This document shows, piece after piece, positions 46,471 through 54,953 of a DNA stretch of 62,350 nt. The notes under the pieces were generated by a model. It searched no databases and was not told where the DNA came from. It saw nothing but the letters and a program-made list of their open reading frames with translations. Each line of letters starts with the position of its first letter. Within the stretch, counting starts at the first letter, position 1. The stretch is from a virus. The stretch lies in the IMG/VR virus record IMGVR_UViG_3300017987_000016. One strand, given 5' to 3'. The position numbers and the translations under genes are program-made.

Positions 46471-46731
46471 TTACTCTGGAACTTTATAATAAACAACTTT
46501 GCCCGCTTCCACCCCGTCAACATCTTTTATCGGCCAAAATCCTACTCGATACTGATTGCCAAGCGAATCAGAAACCCAAAAATCAGCCCAATATATCGGT
46601 CTATCGGTAGCGGACATTTCTTTAATCGCAGCATCTTCTTGTCTAAGTAAACATAGCTGATGGCCAGCAAAGACGACTACGCCAAACAAAATCAAATACC
46701 AGGACAACCAAAAAATTCGACTTTTTTTCAT
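46471..46731 (-). CDS. N-terminally anchored small protein (86 aa)
   Basis: MKKSRIFWLSWYLILFGVVVFAG. Confidence 0.45.
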   Translation of the reverse strand: MKKSRIFWLSWYLILFGVVVFAGHQLCLLRQEDAAIKEMSATDRPIYWADFWVSDSLGNQYRVGFWPIKDVDGVEAGKVVYYKVPE

Positions 46732-46806
46732 GGCTTTACCTCTTTCTTTTTCGGCAATCTTTCCTCAACGCTTATCCATTCCATCTTTCGCTCCTTCTCT
46801 GCGTGG

Positions 46807-47229
46807 TCACCATTCGGTATCAACAATAATTTTATCCCATCCCTTTTTTCTTAATAGTATTCTAACGGCACTTTGAAATGGAGTGCAACTCGGCGAAGCT
46901 TCCTCTATTACAACTCGATATAGAGCATACAATTCTTTGCCCCCTTGATGATAACTCAGCACATATTGAGCCTCTACACAACGCAAATCAGCCCAATTGA
47001 CAGCACCCCCCTGACATCCCATTTCAACCTTTTTTTCTTTTACTCTACCAATAGCTTCATTTGCATCGGCCGTGAGCTTACTTAATTCTTGTCGTAATTT
47101 TAATTTATTCATCATTTCTCCTTTCTTCCGCGTTATTAACGGTATGCGCGACCCACCGTTGGGGCATAACTGCTCCGTCAGGAAGTACTTTGCCATCCTT
47201 CGGCACTGGGCATTACCTCCTATCCTCAT
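46807..47229 (-). CDS. Hypothetical protein (track 140 aa; likelier start ATG 47115 after AAGGAGAA)
   Basis: ORF track; internal MMNKLKLRQ... preceded by a strong RBS. Confidence 0.4.
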   Translation of the reverse strand: MRIGGNAQCRRMAKYFLTEQLCPNGGSRIPLITRKKGEMMNKLKLRQELSKLTADANEAIGRVKEKKVEMGCQGGAVNWADLRCVEAQYVLSYHQGGKELYALYRVVIEEASPSCTPFQSAVRILLRKKGWDKIIVDTEW

Positions 47230-47396
47230 GGTATAAATGTTGTCGTTTGTCGGCTTCTCCTATCGCAGATATTGCGTTTTGCTTGCTCCGTAGCATCATC
47301 AGGGTCAACTCCTGTTCTGATTAGCCTGGCTGCTTCCTCCTCAACATCTTTATGCCAACGCCTTTTTTCTCCCTCAAGACTTCCACCGATAGTCAT
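47226..47396 (-). CDS. Small hypothetical protein (56 aa)
   Basis: MTIGGSLEGEKRRWHKDVEEEAARLIRTGVDPDDATEQAKRNICDRR...; GGGGGTGAAG upstream; ATGA overlap downstream. Confidence 0.4.
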   Translation of the reverse strand: MTIGGSLEGEKRRWHKDVEEEAARLIRTGVDPDDATEQAKRNICDRRSRQTTTFIP

Positions 47397-47422
47397 TTTA
47401 CTTCACCCCCAATCAAAAATAT

Positions 47423-47623
47423 TCATTCAGCAACATAAATAATGCCGTTATATTCCTCAAAGGCGTCTTTTTGTTTTTTGGGATCAAGTTCGATGATTCC
47501 CCGAGCAACCGACATGGCGTCACCGTGTTGCTCAATATATTTGTTGGCCTCTTTAACTCTTTTGCGAACTTTCCTTTTTATCCGCGATCGCGCTTTCCAG
47601 TCCATCATCCCTCCTCCAAACAC
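47423..47623 (-). CDS. Hypothetical basic protein (66 aa)
   Basis: ORF track. Confidence 0.4.
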   Translation of the reverse strand: MFGGGMMDWKARSRIKRKVRKRVKEANKYIEQHGDAMSVARGIIELDPKKQKDAFEEYNGIIYVAE

Positions 47624-47636
47624 TCCAATGCTTTCT

Positions 47637-47912
47637 TTATCTGTCTGTTGGACAAAAACTATCTACGCCAGGAATCATTAAGCCCTTCTCGCTATCATCC
47701 AAACATAAACACTTCATTACCCGTTCGTTAAAATCTTCTTGGCAAGCTTGTTTGGCTTCGGCGGGCGTGTCCTGAAAGCCAAGATATGAATTTCTCCAGT
47801 AGATCGTCCAACCTGATAAAGCCTTAAATATGTGATACCGGCCAAATGATGTTTCCGCACGATATTGCGGAACTCCGCGTAGCTCCTTCCATTCAAGCTC
47901 TCTCACTTTCAT
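47637..47912 (-). CDS. Hypothetical protein (91 aa), paralogue of 48267..48497
   Basis: LEWKEL...AETSFGRYHI...W...EAKQACQEDFNERV versus LVWEKK...ARTYFGCYFI...W...KAKCEADWRERI. Confidence 0.5.
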   Translation of the reverse strand: MKVRELEWKELRGVPQYRAETSFGRYHIFKALSGWTIYWRNSYLGFQDTPAEAKQACQEDFNERVMKCLCLDDSEKGLMIPGVDSFCPTDR

Positions 47913-48109
47913 GGCTGTTGCTCCTCAAATGAGGCTATAATTTTTTTAGCCATCGCAAGCATTTTCTCAGATTTTCCAAGCATTCTCTCAGACTTTCGTT
48001 GAGTCTTCTTCGCTTCTTCTAAGGCTGTCTGTGTTCGTTGATCCAACTCCTTGTATTCTTCATTTATTGCCCTTGACTTAGGAATCAAATAAAACTTATT
48101 CGCCCACAT
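47909..48109 (-). CDS. Hypothetical coiled-coil protein (66 aa)
   Basis: ORF track. Confidence 0.4.
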   Translation of the reverse strand: MWANKFYLIPKSRAINEEYKELDQRTQTALEEAKKTQRKSERMLGKSEKMLAMAKKIIASFEEQQP

Positions 48110-48279
48110 TTCGAACAGGTTGCGTTTGGTTTTTCAGAGATCCCACTTAAGCTTGTATAAATCTCTTTATCTGGCTTCACGAATCGATGGCATTTTTCAC
48201 ATACCCGAACAAAACCAGCATCTCCATCTTCTCCACAATCATAACTTACTCTCGGGCTGCCCTCGTCTAATTGCCACAT
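48085..48279 (-). CDS. Zinc-ribbon protein (64 aa)
   Basis: CEKCHRF ... CSKCG. Confidence 0.45.
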   Translation of the reverse strand: MWQLDEGSPRVSYDCGEDGDAGFVRVCEKCHRFVKPDKEIYTSLSGISEKPNATCSKCGRISFI

Positions 48280-48497
48280 CCCGCCTCCCTAAAACATTCC
48301 TTGATTCTCTCCCGCCAGTCGGCTTCACACTTGGCTTTGCCGTACCATTTTCCATTTGAACAACGCTCAATAAAATAGCAACCGAAATATGTTCTTGCTA
48401 AATAGTAATCCTCTCTTTTCCCGACATCGATAATACGATACTTTTTCTCCCATACCAACGGCTTCAAGTTTTGCTGTGGCTGCCGAGATGATGACAT
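48267..48497 (-). CDS. Hypothetical protein (76 aa), paralogue of 47637..47912
   Basis: See 47637..47912. Confidence 0.5.
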   Translation of the reverse strand: MSSSRQPQQNLKPLVWEKKYRIIDVGKREDYYLARTYFGCYFIERCSNGKWYGKAKCEADWRERIKECFREAGCGN

Positions 48498-48501
48498 TGT
48501 T

Positions 48502-48678
48502 TTATCCTCTCACTTCATTTGTATTGGGAATTATCCATGACAAAAGTCCATTTGTGAGTATCCGATTGCAAGTTTTACATTGTATTTTAATTCCTTTTTC
48601 AACAGAATCTACAATCGATTGTTCTGTATATACTTGTAAACATTTAGGACAAACGGCAACTCTTATAGTTTCTTCCAT
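48502..48678 (-). CDS. Small zinc-ribbon protein (58 aa)
   Basis: MEETIRVAVCPKCLQVYTEQ...IQCKTCNRILTNG...; hand translated. Confidence 0.45.
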   Translation of the reverse strand: MEETIRVAVCPKCLQVYTEQSIVDSVEKGIKIQCKTCNRILTNGLLSWIIPNTNEVRG

Positions 48679-48694
48679 CTCATGTCCCTTTCAT

Positions 48695-48844
48695 TCAGAG
48701 GGCATCGGCAGGATTCGGTACCTGCATGGAAAACGGATGGCTCGTGATGCTCCGTCCTTCCGCAACCAACCTTGCGTCCAAGTGCGTTACTTCTCGCAGG
48801 CGCCTAAGCTGTTTTTCCCGCGCTTCCGCCACGATGCCCCCCAT
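48695..48844 (-). CDS. Small GC-rich ORF (49 aa); coding status uncertain
   Basis: MGGIVAEAREKQLRRLREVTHLDARLVAEGRSITSHPFSMQVPNPADAL; starts 2 nt after the upstream stop; the segment is much GC-richer than its flanks. Confidence 0.3.
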   Translation of the reverse strand: MGGIVAEAREKQLRRLREVTHLDARLVAEGRSITSHPFSMQVPNPADAL

Positions 48845-48846
48845 GA

Positions 48847-49203
48847 TTAAATGTCTTCTTCACCAATACAAACCAATTCTACTATTTTGAAATCTGGATG
48901 ACTCTTTTTCATTTTTATCAAAACTCCTTCAATGTCTTCCGCAATTACATCGTGGTAGTGTTGGCCCTTCTCAATTGCCATTGATCCCTCCGCACCTAAT
49001 CTGATGCGGTAAAGTTTCTTTGTTTTGTTTTCACTCATCCCTTCTTTCTCCCATCCATTCTCCTCATACTTAACATTGGGAGTCTGTTGTTGTAAAAGTC
49101 TTAGATTCCCTTCGTGGGTTTCGGCTTTCACCGATTTTTTTAGTGTCAATGGCACACCGTTAATTTTCACAATACTTCCTTTTTTCAGTTTTAACGTTTC
49201 CAT
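48847..49203 (-). CDS. Hypothetical protein (118 aa)
   Basis: ORF track; conserved junction GAATAGGAGGATGTCATG. Confidence 0.5.
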   Translation of the reverse strand: METLKLKKGSIVKINGVPLTLKKSVKAETHEGNLRLLQQQTPNVKYEENGWEKEGMSENKTKKLYRIRLGAEGSMAIEKGQHYHDVIAEDIEGVLIKMKKSHPDFKIVELVCIGEEDI

Positions 49204-49212
49204 GACATCCTC

Positions 49213-49581
49213 CTATTCTGCTAACATTTTATTCTCTTCTTCTACTCGTTTTTGAGCTTCATCCGAAAACTCAACATTCGGGCAATCCGTCACCAATGAA
49301 AAAGCATCTTCAAACGCTTTTCTAATCGATTCTCTTTCATTTTCCTCAATGAATATACTTGGTTTAACTTCAAACACTACATGAGGAATACCCACCGATG
49401 GATCGCCAAAGTCATGCACGACAATAGTTATTTCTTTGTCTCGGTAACTCATTAAATCTCTTCTGAGATCACCACAGAATCTAATCATGTCAAAATCTTT
49501 TATATCTCCATACTCTCCCACAGAAATCAAATTCAAGGCTTGTCTTAAGACTCCCTCGGTATATCCCCGTTTATTCCACAT
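49213..49581 (-). CDS. Hypothetical protein (122 aa)
   Basis: ORF track. Confidence 0.5.
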   Translation of the reverse strand: MWNKRGYTEGVLRQALNLISVGEYGDIKDFDMIRFCGDLRRDLMSYRDKEITIVVHDFGDPSVGIPHVVFEVKPSIFIEENERESIRKAFEDAFSLVTDCPNVEFSDEAQKRVEEENKMLAE

Positions 49582-49593
49582 AATGTCCTCCTA

Positions 49594-49881
49594 TTAATCA
49601 ATGTCAACATATCCAAGAAATACAATCTCGCACATAATGTCCCAAAATTCTCTTGAAATAAGCATTCCCGAAGCTCCTCCTTCAATGTAGCCAGCATCCT
49701 TCCATTTCCTTAATATTTTTCTTTCTTCACTGGAAACGCAGGTGGGGTCGAGTCGCTGTTCATTACACATCACATATTGTAAATAGGGAATAAACCTTAA
49801 TTCCGTTTGATTGATCTCGTAACCAAATAGTTCTTTAGATTTTTCTTTTATTCGCTGGGTTAGTTGGCCTCGTTTCTGCAT
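49594..49881 (-). CDS. Hypothetical protein (95 aa)
   Basis: ORF track; conserved junction GAATAGGAGGATGTCATG. Confidence 0.5.
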   Translation of the reverse strand: MQKRGQLTQRIKEKSKELFGYEINQTELRFIPYLQYVMCNEQRLDPTCVSSEERKILRKWKDAGYIEGGASGMLISREFWDIMCEIVFLGYVDID

Positions 49882-49890
49882 GACATCCTC

Positions 49891-50751
49891 CTATTCAGCT
49901 ACGTAATCCACCGACGTCGGATCTGATTCATTGAACGAATAATCATACGCTGATACACCGATGATATATCTGATGCCCCTGTTGATCCGTGTATTCCATT
50001 CGGTCACGTTGGCAACGTCGATACTTGTATAAAACTCTCCAGGCCAAAGTCCTAAATGAGTGCGATAGCCTGCCAGGTCTTCCTCGGTGTTTGGGTTCCA
50101 CTTGACTTTAATTCCCGCAGTTCCCCCAGGAGTAACATCGCCAACCGGCACGTCAAGTTCCGTATCCTCAACAGCCCCAAGCGGTACAGTCAATGTATCC
50201 TGCCCGAAAAGTAGTTGAACCGTCAAATTTGCGTAATTGTCGCTTTTATGAACAACAGATATTGGCAATATATCCCCGCTTACGAGAAGAATATCCGTTT
50301 CCGCTCTTTGGCATAGAAATGGTGGAATGTTGCCGTCATTTGTTCCTCCACAAAGAATAAATCCGTTGTCTATATTGGCTCTAATTTGGTCAAACTTTAA
50401 CCCTGAGAATATAATATGTCCGAGTGTCCGGTTGCTCATGTTGTGAACGGACATGAAAAACCAGTTATCTCCTTGATTGTCGGGATCGATGCAGAGCCTT
50501 ACAGTTCCGGCTGTTGAATCGGGAGCAGTTGTATCGGGCGGGGCTTCAGTTGTGTCTGTGTACGTAACTGTGACCTGCAAAACAAGCGAGTCCCAGGACG
50601 TGTTAAAAAGATAGGTTGTGTTTTCCTCTGTAAACGCAGAGTCCACCACGGAGCCCGTTCGGTGTGATAATGTGTCGGTTTTAATTGTCTGTCCTGCCAG
50701 CATCGCCGGAATGAGGGCGATGAATGCGAGTCGTGCGATTGTGCGTTTCAT
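49891..50751 (-). CDS. Secreted protein with signal peptide and C-terminal fibronectin type III-like domain
   Basis: MKRTIARLAFIALIPAMLAGQ; IKVKWNPNTEEDLAGYRTHLG...YIIGVSAYDYSFNESDPTS. Confidence 0.55.
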   Translation of the reverse strand: MKRTIARLAFIALIPAMLAGQTIKTDTLSHRTGSVVDSAFTEENTTYLFNTSWDSLVLQVTVTYTDTTEAPPDTTAPDSTAGTVRLCIDPDNQGDNWFFMSVHNMSNRTLGHIIFSGLKFDQIRANIDNGFILCGGTNDGNIPPFLCQRAETDILLVSGDILPISVVHKSDNYANLTVQLLFGQDTLTVPLGAVEDTELDVPVGDVTPGGTAGIKVKWNPNTEEDLAGYRTHLGLWPGEFYTSIDVANVTEWNTRINRGIRYIIGVSAYDYSFNESDPTSVDYVAE

Positions 50752-51131
50752 CTTTCTTCCTCCTTGATGACGTTCATTCTGAATATGTCAAATCCATATT
50801 TTTCTCTTATTTCCTTTATCGTAAGATTTTGGAACCATTCTTCAAAAGCATATTCCGCAGCGTTAAATCTGGGGTCGGAGTATTCAAGTTCAACATCTCC
50901 ACCTATAATGATTATCCCATGAAATCTAATGGTGTGCAGAGTGTCTGAAAAATGAAAAGTCCAGGATTGTGGTGCTGTATCGTTTAGAGAATCTTGGTTT
51001 GTATAAAATGAATCAAAGTCAGTCCAATCGAATAACTCTTTAAGCTGGTCGTCAGAAAGTGAATTTCCCGTTGTTGTCTGCCCCATCACCGAGACGGCGA
51101 GCAGGACTAAAATTGTTGTGAAGTATTTCAT
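50748..51131 (-). CDS. Small secreted protein with signal peptide (127 aa)
   Basis: MKYFTTILVLLAVSVMGQ-TTT. Confidence 0.5.
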   Translation of the reverse strand: MKYFTTILVLLAVSVMGQTTTGNSLSDDQLKELFDWTDFDSFYTNQDSLNDTAPQSWTFHFSDTLHTIRFHGIIIIGGDVELEYSDPRFNAAEYAFEEWFQNLTIKEIREKYGFDIFRMNVIKEEER

Positions 51132-51346
51132 GGTCTTTTCTCCTTTAAAATTTCAAGTTCTTCAATTTGTTCATCATAAAGTTCTTTTGTCCACAGAAGT
51201 CGAGGGCACGAATTCTTTGGATATTTAACCATCGACAGCCTCATGACATTTCCCTCACACACAATATCCCAATAAATAACTATCCATTTCTTTTTCTTGT
51301 ATTTTACGAGGTCGCCAGCTTTTATTTTTGAGCGAACATTCATCAT
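51128..51346 (-). CDS. Hypothetical protein (72 aa)
   Basis: ORF track. Confidence 0.45.
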   Translation of the reverse strand: MMNVRSKIKAGDLVKYKKKKWIVIYWDIVCEGNVMRLSMVKYPKNSCPRLLWTKELYDEQIEELEILKEKRP

Positions 51347-51729
51347 GGCTTCTCTCCTATATCATAAATCCATCGCCGTGCGATTTCACACAAGGCCACA
51401 AACACAGCGTCTTTATCACGTTCCAACTGGCCGAGGTCTGCGTAAGGAACCAAATCTGGATGGGTTTTGTTTTCCTGGCTGTATTCAGGGCCATACTCCC
51501 AACCCATTGCAAAATATGATTGCATCCAACTTCCATGTAATTCTTCTGGCGACTTCGAACGCTGTTCGCCACATTGTCGCTCAATCACTTTCAAAAACTG
51601 CTTACGGAATGCTTCTTCGCGATCATCCCAGAACACCGGCACAATCGGTGCTTCGGCCGCTATCGCTGCAAGTCGAGCTGCCTCGTAGACAAATTTTGCC
51701 CGTCTTGTTATAATATCTGTTACATTCAT
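51343..51729 (-). CDS. RyR-domain protein
   Basis: ELHGSWMQSYFAMGWEYGPEYSQENKTHPDLVPYADLGQLERDKD matches the RyR repeat pattern (H..W....GW.YG....K.HP.LVPY..L...E..KD). Confidence 0.65.
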   Translation of the reverse strand: MNVTDIITRRAKFVYEAARLAAIAAEAPIVPVFWDDREEAFRKQFLKVIERQCGEQRSKSPEELHGSWMQSYFAMGWEYGPEYSQENKTHPDLVPYADLGQLERDKDAVFVALCEIARRWIYDIGEKP

Positions 51730-51869
51730 GGCTTCTCTCCTTGTTTTTCTTCCAGATAATTAAGTAACCAATCTATTGCTTCCACGGGTATAACAACAAA
51801 TTCTAATCCTTCAATCTCTGCGTTTGCGTTTTCATCTTTCAAATTTTCTATTACTTCTTCTTTCGTCAT
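51726..51869 (-). CDS. Small acidic protein (47 aa)
   Basis: MTKEEVIENLKDENANAEIEGLEFVVIPVEAIDWLLNYLEEKQGEKP; start and end both lie in the 32-nt repeat. Confidence 0.45.
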   Translation of the reverse strand: MTKEEVIENLKDENANAEIEGLEFVVIPVEAIDWLLNYLEEKQGEKP

Positions 51870-51896
51870 GGCTTCTCTCCTTGTTTTTCTTCCAGA

Positions 51897-52283
51897 TTAT
51901 TTTAATATAATTTTCTGTTCTTCAATTAACTGTTTTGCTATTTCCATAGGATTGTTTATTTCAAAATTGCGTTCTAATCTATAATACTCAAACCCGGACA
52001 ATCGTTTTTTTAGCCAAAGAGGCCCTCCAACACAAGTTTCTAAGCGTACGCCCGTTCTCGGTACATATATCACCCAATAATAGTCATCCTCATATTGGTC
52101 TGTCCACCCAAGCAATCTCGCTACTTCATTCCCCTGGCTCAAAACCAATTCATTTCTATGTTTATTTACTCCCCATTGAATGTGTTTAGCATTGTCCCAT
52201 TTCAACATTTTTCGTAAGAAAAAACCTGAAATTATTCGTCTTGGTCGTTCAATGTATTGCCAATAAAAATTAAATTTCGTCAT
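51897..52283 (-). CDS. Hypothetical protein (128 aa)
   Basis: ORF track. Confidence 0.5.
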   Translation of the reverse strand: MTKFNFYWQYIERPRRIISGFFLRKMLKWDNAKHIQWGVNKHRNELVLSQGNEVARLLGWTDQYEDDYYWVIYVPRTGVRLETCVGGPLWLKKRLSGFEYYRLERNFEINNPMEIAKQLIEEQKIILK

Positions 52284-52316
52284 GGCTTATCCCTTGCCAA
52301 CTCTTTGGCCTTGCGT

Positions 52317-52841
52317 TCAATCAACAATTTTATCAATCAACTTTTCTGTTTTGCCACATATCTCTTTGGTTTCTTGCTTTTCATTTAACATTAACCGCCC
52401 TGCCTTAACATCTGCTTTATACGCATTTAACATTTGAGCGCGGGTAGCTGATGGATTAAACTGATTCACCATTTCAACCCCAAATCGATCAATCATTTCA
52501 GCTAAATATTCTTTGCCATCTTCTTTGAGTTTCTGGCTTATTATGTTCATACTTGACTCTCCAAACCCAGGGAAATAATAATTATTTAAAAGATTTTCTA
52601 AATAGGCAATATCCTTCTGAGCTTGAATTTCAATATTTTGCTCTCCACGTAGCTCCGAGGGTTTTGGAAAAAATTTATTTAATCTGATGTGATTGTTGAT
52701 ATTGCTTTTGATCGTTCCGAGTGGAAGGTCTTTTAGCGCTTCCCAAAACAAAAGCAATCTTTCGTCAGAGACATTTTCTCCGTAAATCTCTGCAAGCCCC
52801 TGCATCAAACCATTGAATTCTTCAATCTCTTTATTGGTCAT
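52317..52841 (-). CDS. Replication accessory protein, helicase-loader (G39P-like) candidate
   Basis: Follows the replisome-organiser gene; FWEALKDLPLGTIKSNINNHIRLNKFFPKPSEL pattern. Confidence 0.35.
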   Translation of the reverse strand: MTNKEIEEFNGLMQGLAEIYGENVSDERLLLFWEALKDLPLGTIKSNINNHIRLNKFFPKPSELRGEQNIEIQAQKDIAYLENLLNNYYFPGFGESSMNIISQKLKEDGKEYLAEMIDRFGVEMVNQFNPSATRAQMLNAYKADVKAGRLMLNEKQETKEICGKTEKLIDKIVD

Positions 52842-53613
52842 TTTCTGATCCCATTATTTTGTTACCGTATTTTTCCATAAAGCTATCATACCGTTGTTGG
52901 ATTTTAGGCTTTAATGATCTTCGTACTTGATTCAAATATTCTGGAAATTTTGTCGGCCTGAATAAAGTTGAGGGTCTTAAAAATTTTATCATTTTTTCGT
53001 CGTGTTCCCAATCCTCTTTTTTTGTTTGAATAACTTTTATGCAGTCCTCAATAGTGTATCCACCACACAGCCTCGCATGTATGTTTTCCCGAACTGATTT
53101 CTCCCCTGTTTTATACTTTGTTCCAACAATTTTATTAAAACATTCTATTACTATATCAACTTCTTTTTCTTCTTTATTTTCTTTTTCCTTTTCTTTTTCT
53201 TTGTCTTTATCTTTGTCTTTAACCCCATCCCTGACCTCAACTTGACCCCTAATTGACTCCAAGTTGACCCCATTTTGACCCCAAAGTTCATAAATTGACC
53301 GGTGAACCCTATTGTTTAAGTTCATGATCCGACCATATTGGAACACAAAAAAATCAACAAGCAACCATCTGCCATTTTTTAATTCAATTAATCGTTGCTT
53401 ATCTTCATTAAATAATTTGAATGCTTTTTCTAAGTCAATTTCCGCTTTGGTTATTATTTCAATAAACTTTTTGTTCGGCTTCCAGATACCCGCATGATCA
53501 CAATTGTCTTTAATGTATATCCACAACATGATATATTCGGGGTCGAGGCCAATGATCCAGTCTTCGTGCCACATAGACGTATCGGTAAATCGTTTAGGCA
53601 TTAGTGTGTCCAC
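52831..53613 (-). CDS. Replication initiation / replisome organiser protein with conserved phage C-terminal domain (Phg_2220_C-like)
   Basis: IECFNKIVGTKYKTGEKSVRENIHARLCGGYTIEDCIKVIQTKKEDWEHDEKMIKFLRPSTLFRPTKFPEYLNQ. Confidence 0.7.
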   Translation of the reverse strand: MDTLMPKRFTDTSMWHEDWIIGLDPEYIMLWIYIKDNCDHAGIWKPNKKFIEIITKAEIDLEKAFKLFNEDKQRLIELKNGRWLLVDFFVFQYGRIMNLNNRVHRSIYELWGQNGVNLESIRGQVEVRDGVKDKDKDKEKEKEKENKEEKEVDIVIECFNKIVGTKYKTGEKSVRENIHARLCGGYTIEDCIKVIQTKKEDWEHDEKMIKFLRPSTLFRPTKFPEYLNQVRRSLKPKIQQRYDSFMEKYGNKIMGSENDQ

Positions 53614-54085
53614 TTTTTTGTATCTCTTTCCGGTGATTGCTTAAAATTTTATTACCCTTAGATAGATTGCATGATTTACACAGGCATTGCAGATTGTTTA
53701 AATCGTTGCTTCCCCCTAAACTAAATGGTATTATGTGATCAACCTCAAGATTTTGATCACTTCCGCACAATTTACACTTACCAACAGATAATACTTTATC
53801 GCGGATATGTTTAGGAATAAATCGGCTTTGATAATAAACAACGTTTGAATGCAATACACTATTATCAATGTCGAATTTGGTTTTTATGGTTTTCCATATC
53901 GGCGTAAACTCGTCTGGCGTACATCCTGCAATTCGCGCAAGCCGGCTCATTTCGCTTGGTAGGTTTCCGTGAATTTCTTCAACAACCAATAGCCGAGTGT
54001 AAGCTCCAATCTCTGAAACTGTCCATGCGGACGTGTCCATATAAAAGTCAGAAGCGTAAAGTGGAAAGGCTGGTGCTTTACCCAT
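53594..54085 (-). CDS. DUF1376 (YdaU-like) domain fused to an HNH endonuclease
   Basis: MGKAPAFPLYASDFYMDTSAWTVSEIGAYTRLL...; C-terminus CKLCGSDQNLEVDHIIPFSLGGSNDLNNLQCLCKSCNLSKG; start ATG 54085 overlaps the upstream stop. Confidence 0.7.
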   Translation of the reverse strand: MGKAPAFPLYASDFYMDTSAWTVSEIGAYTRLLVVEEIHGNLPSEMSRLARIAGCTPDEFTPIWKTIKTKFDIDNSVLHSNVVYYQSRFIPKHIRDKVLSVGKCKLCGSDQNLEVDHIIPFSLGGSNDLNNLQCLCKSCNLSKGNKILSNHRKEIQKSGHTNA

Positions 54086-54260
54086 CAATGGCTCCGGTGT
54101 CAATTTTCGTTTTCGCATCTTTAAATCGACTCGGCGACCAATCACAATGACGTTCCGAGCCTCCAATACCGATCAACCAAACGCATCTCGTAAAGTGATA
54201 ACAATGACAACACATTTTATCTTTTGGCAAATACATATCTTCTTCATACATTTTCCCCAT
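54078..54260 (-). CDS. Cys-rich small protein (60 aa)
   Basis: CCHCYHFTRC ... HC. Confidence 0.4.
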   Translation of the reverse strand: MGKMYEEDMYLPKDKMCCHCYHFTRCVWLIGIGGSERHCDWSPSRFKDAKTKIDTGAIDG

Positions 54261-54287
54261 TATTCCCCTCCTTCAATGGCCCCGGTG

Positions 54288-54521
54288 TCAAATTGAATAT
54301 TGTTTTTCAAGCACGTCTACAATTTTAGTATATGCTTCCAATGCCCCAACATTGTTTTCAAAAGTAAAAACATCAACATACTGCTCATCATATATGGATG
54401 TGTCAGAATTTGTGCGATAGCCATGTTGAATTCCACAAAAATAAACGTCTGTTCCGCTTACAAAAAACGATGAAACATTATCCATGTTTACAGTTTGTTT
54501 GCCTTTTGTTATAAACATCAT
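54288..54521 (-). CDS. Hypothetical protein (77 aa)
   Basis: ORF track. Confidence 0.45.
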   Translation of the reverse strand: MMFITKGKQTVNMDNVSSFFVSGTDVYFCGIQHGYRTNSDTSIYDEQYVDVFTFENNVGALEAYTKIVDVLEKQYSI

Positions 54522-54739
54522 TCCCCTCCTTCCATTTTCTTAATCATCCCCGCGTGTTGTTTGCAGTAAAGCCCTGCAGGGCCATGGCCGTTTTTGCGAG
54601 AGCACTGATAACCAATAAGATCACCAACCTCATAAGCACAATATCCCTCATTATAACTCCAACCTTTGGGATTTCCTGCCCATTGATGGTATCTATGTTT
54701 CCGCGCGTCTTTTAAAGTCTTGGGTGGGCCGTTAAGCAT
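54518..54739 (-). CDS. Hypothetical protein (73 aa)
   Basis: ORF track. Confidence 0.45.
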   Translation of the reverse strand: MLNGPPKTLKDARKHRYHQWAGNPKGWSYNEGYCAYEVGDLIGYQCSRKNGHGPAGLYCKQHAGMIKKMEGGE

Positions 54740-54743
54740 CTTT

Positions 54744-54935
54744 TTATCCTCGCTTTATATGCTTTTCATATTCTTTAATACAAAGTTCACACTTGGGTTT
54801 CTTGTCGTTTTTTCGCCATCCATAAGGTTTCATGGGTTTTATAGTACAAAGTGCAAACGTACTATCCCCTTGGACAAGATGAGACTCATTATAGCAAGGT
54901 GCAGATTTCCAAACGAAGGTCATTTCTTCTCCCAA
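54744..54935 (-). CDS. Hypothetical protein (63 aa)
   Basis: ORF track. Confidence 0.4.
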   Translation of the reverse strand: MGEEMTFVWKSAPCYNESHLVQGDSTFALCTIKPMKPYGWRKNDKKPKCELCIKEYEKHIKRG

Positions 54936-54953
54936 AAGTCACAGCCGAAAGTT

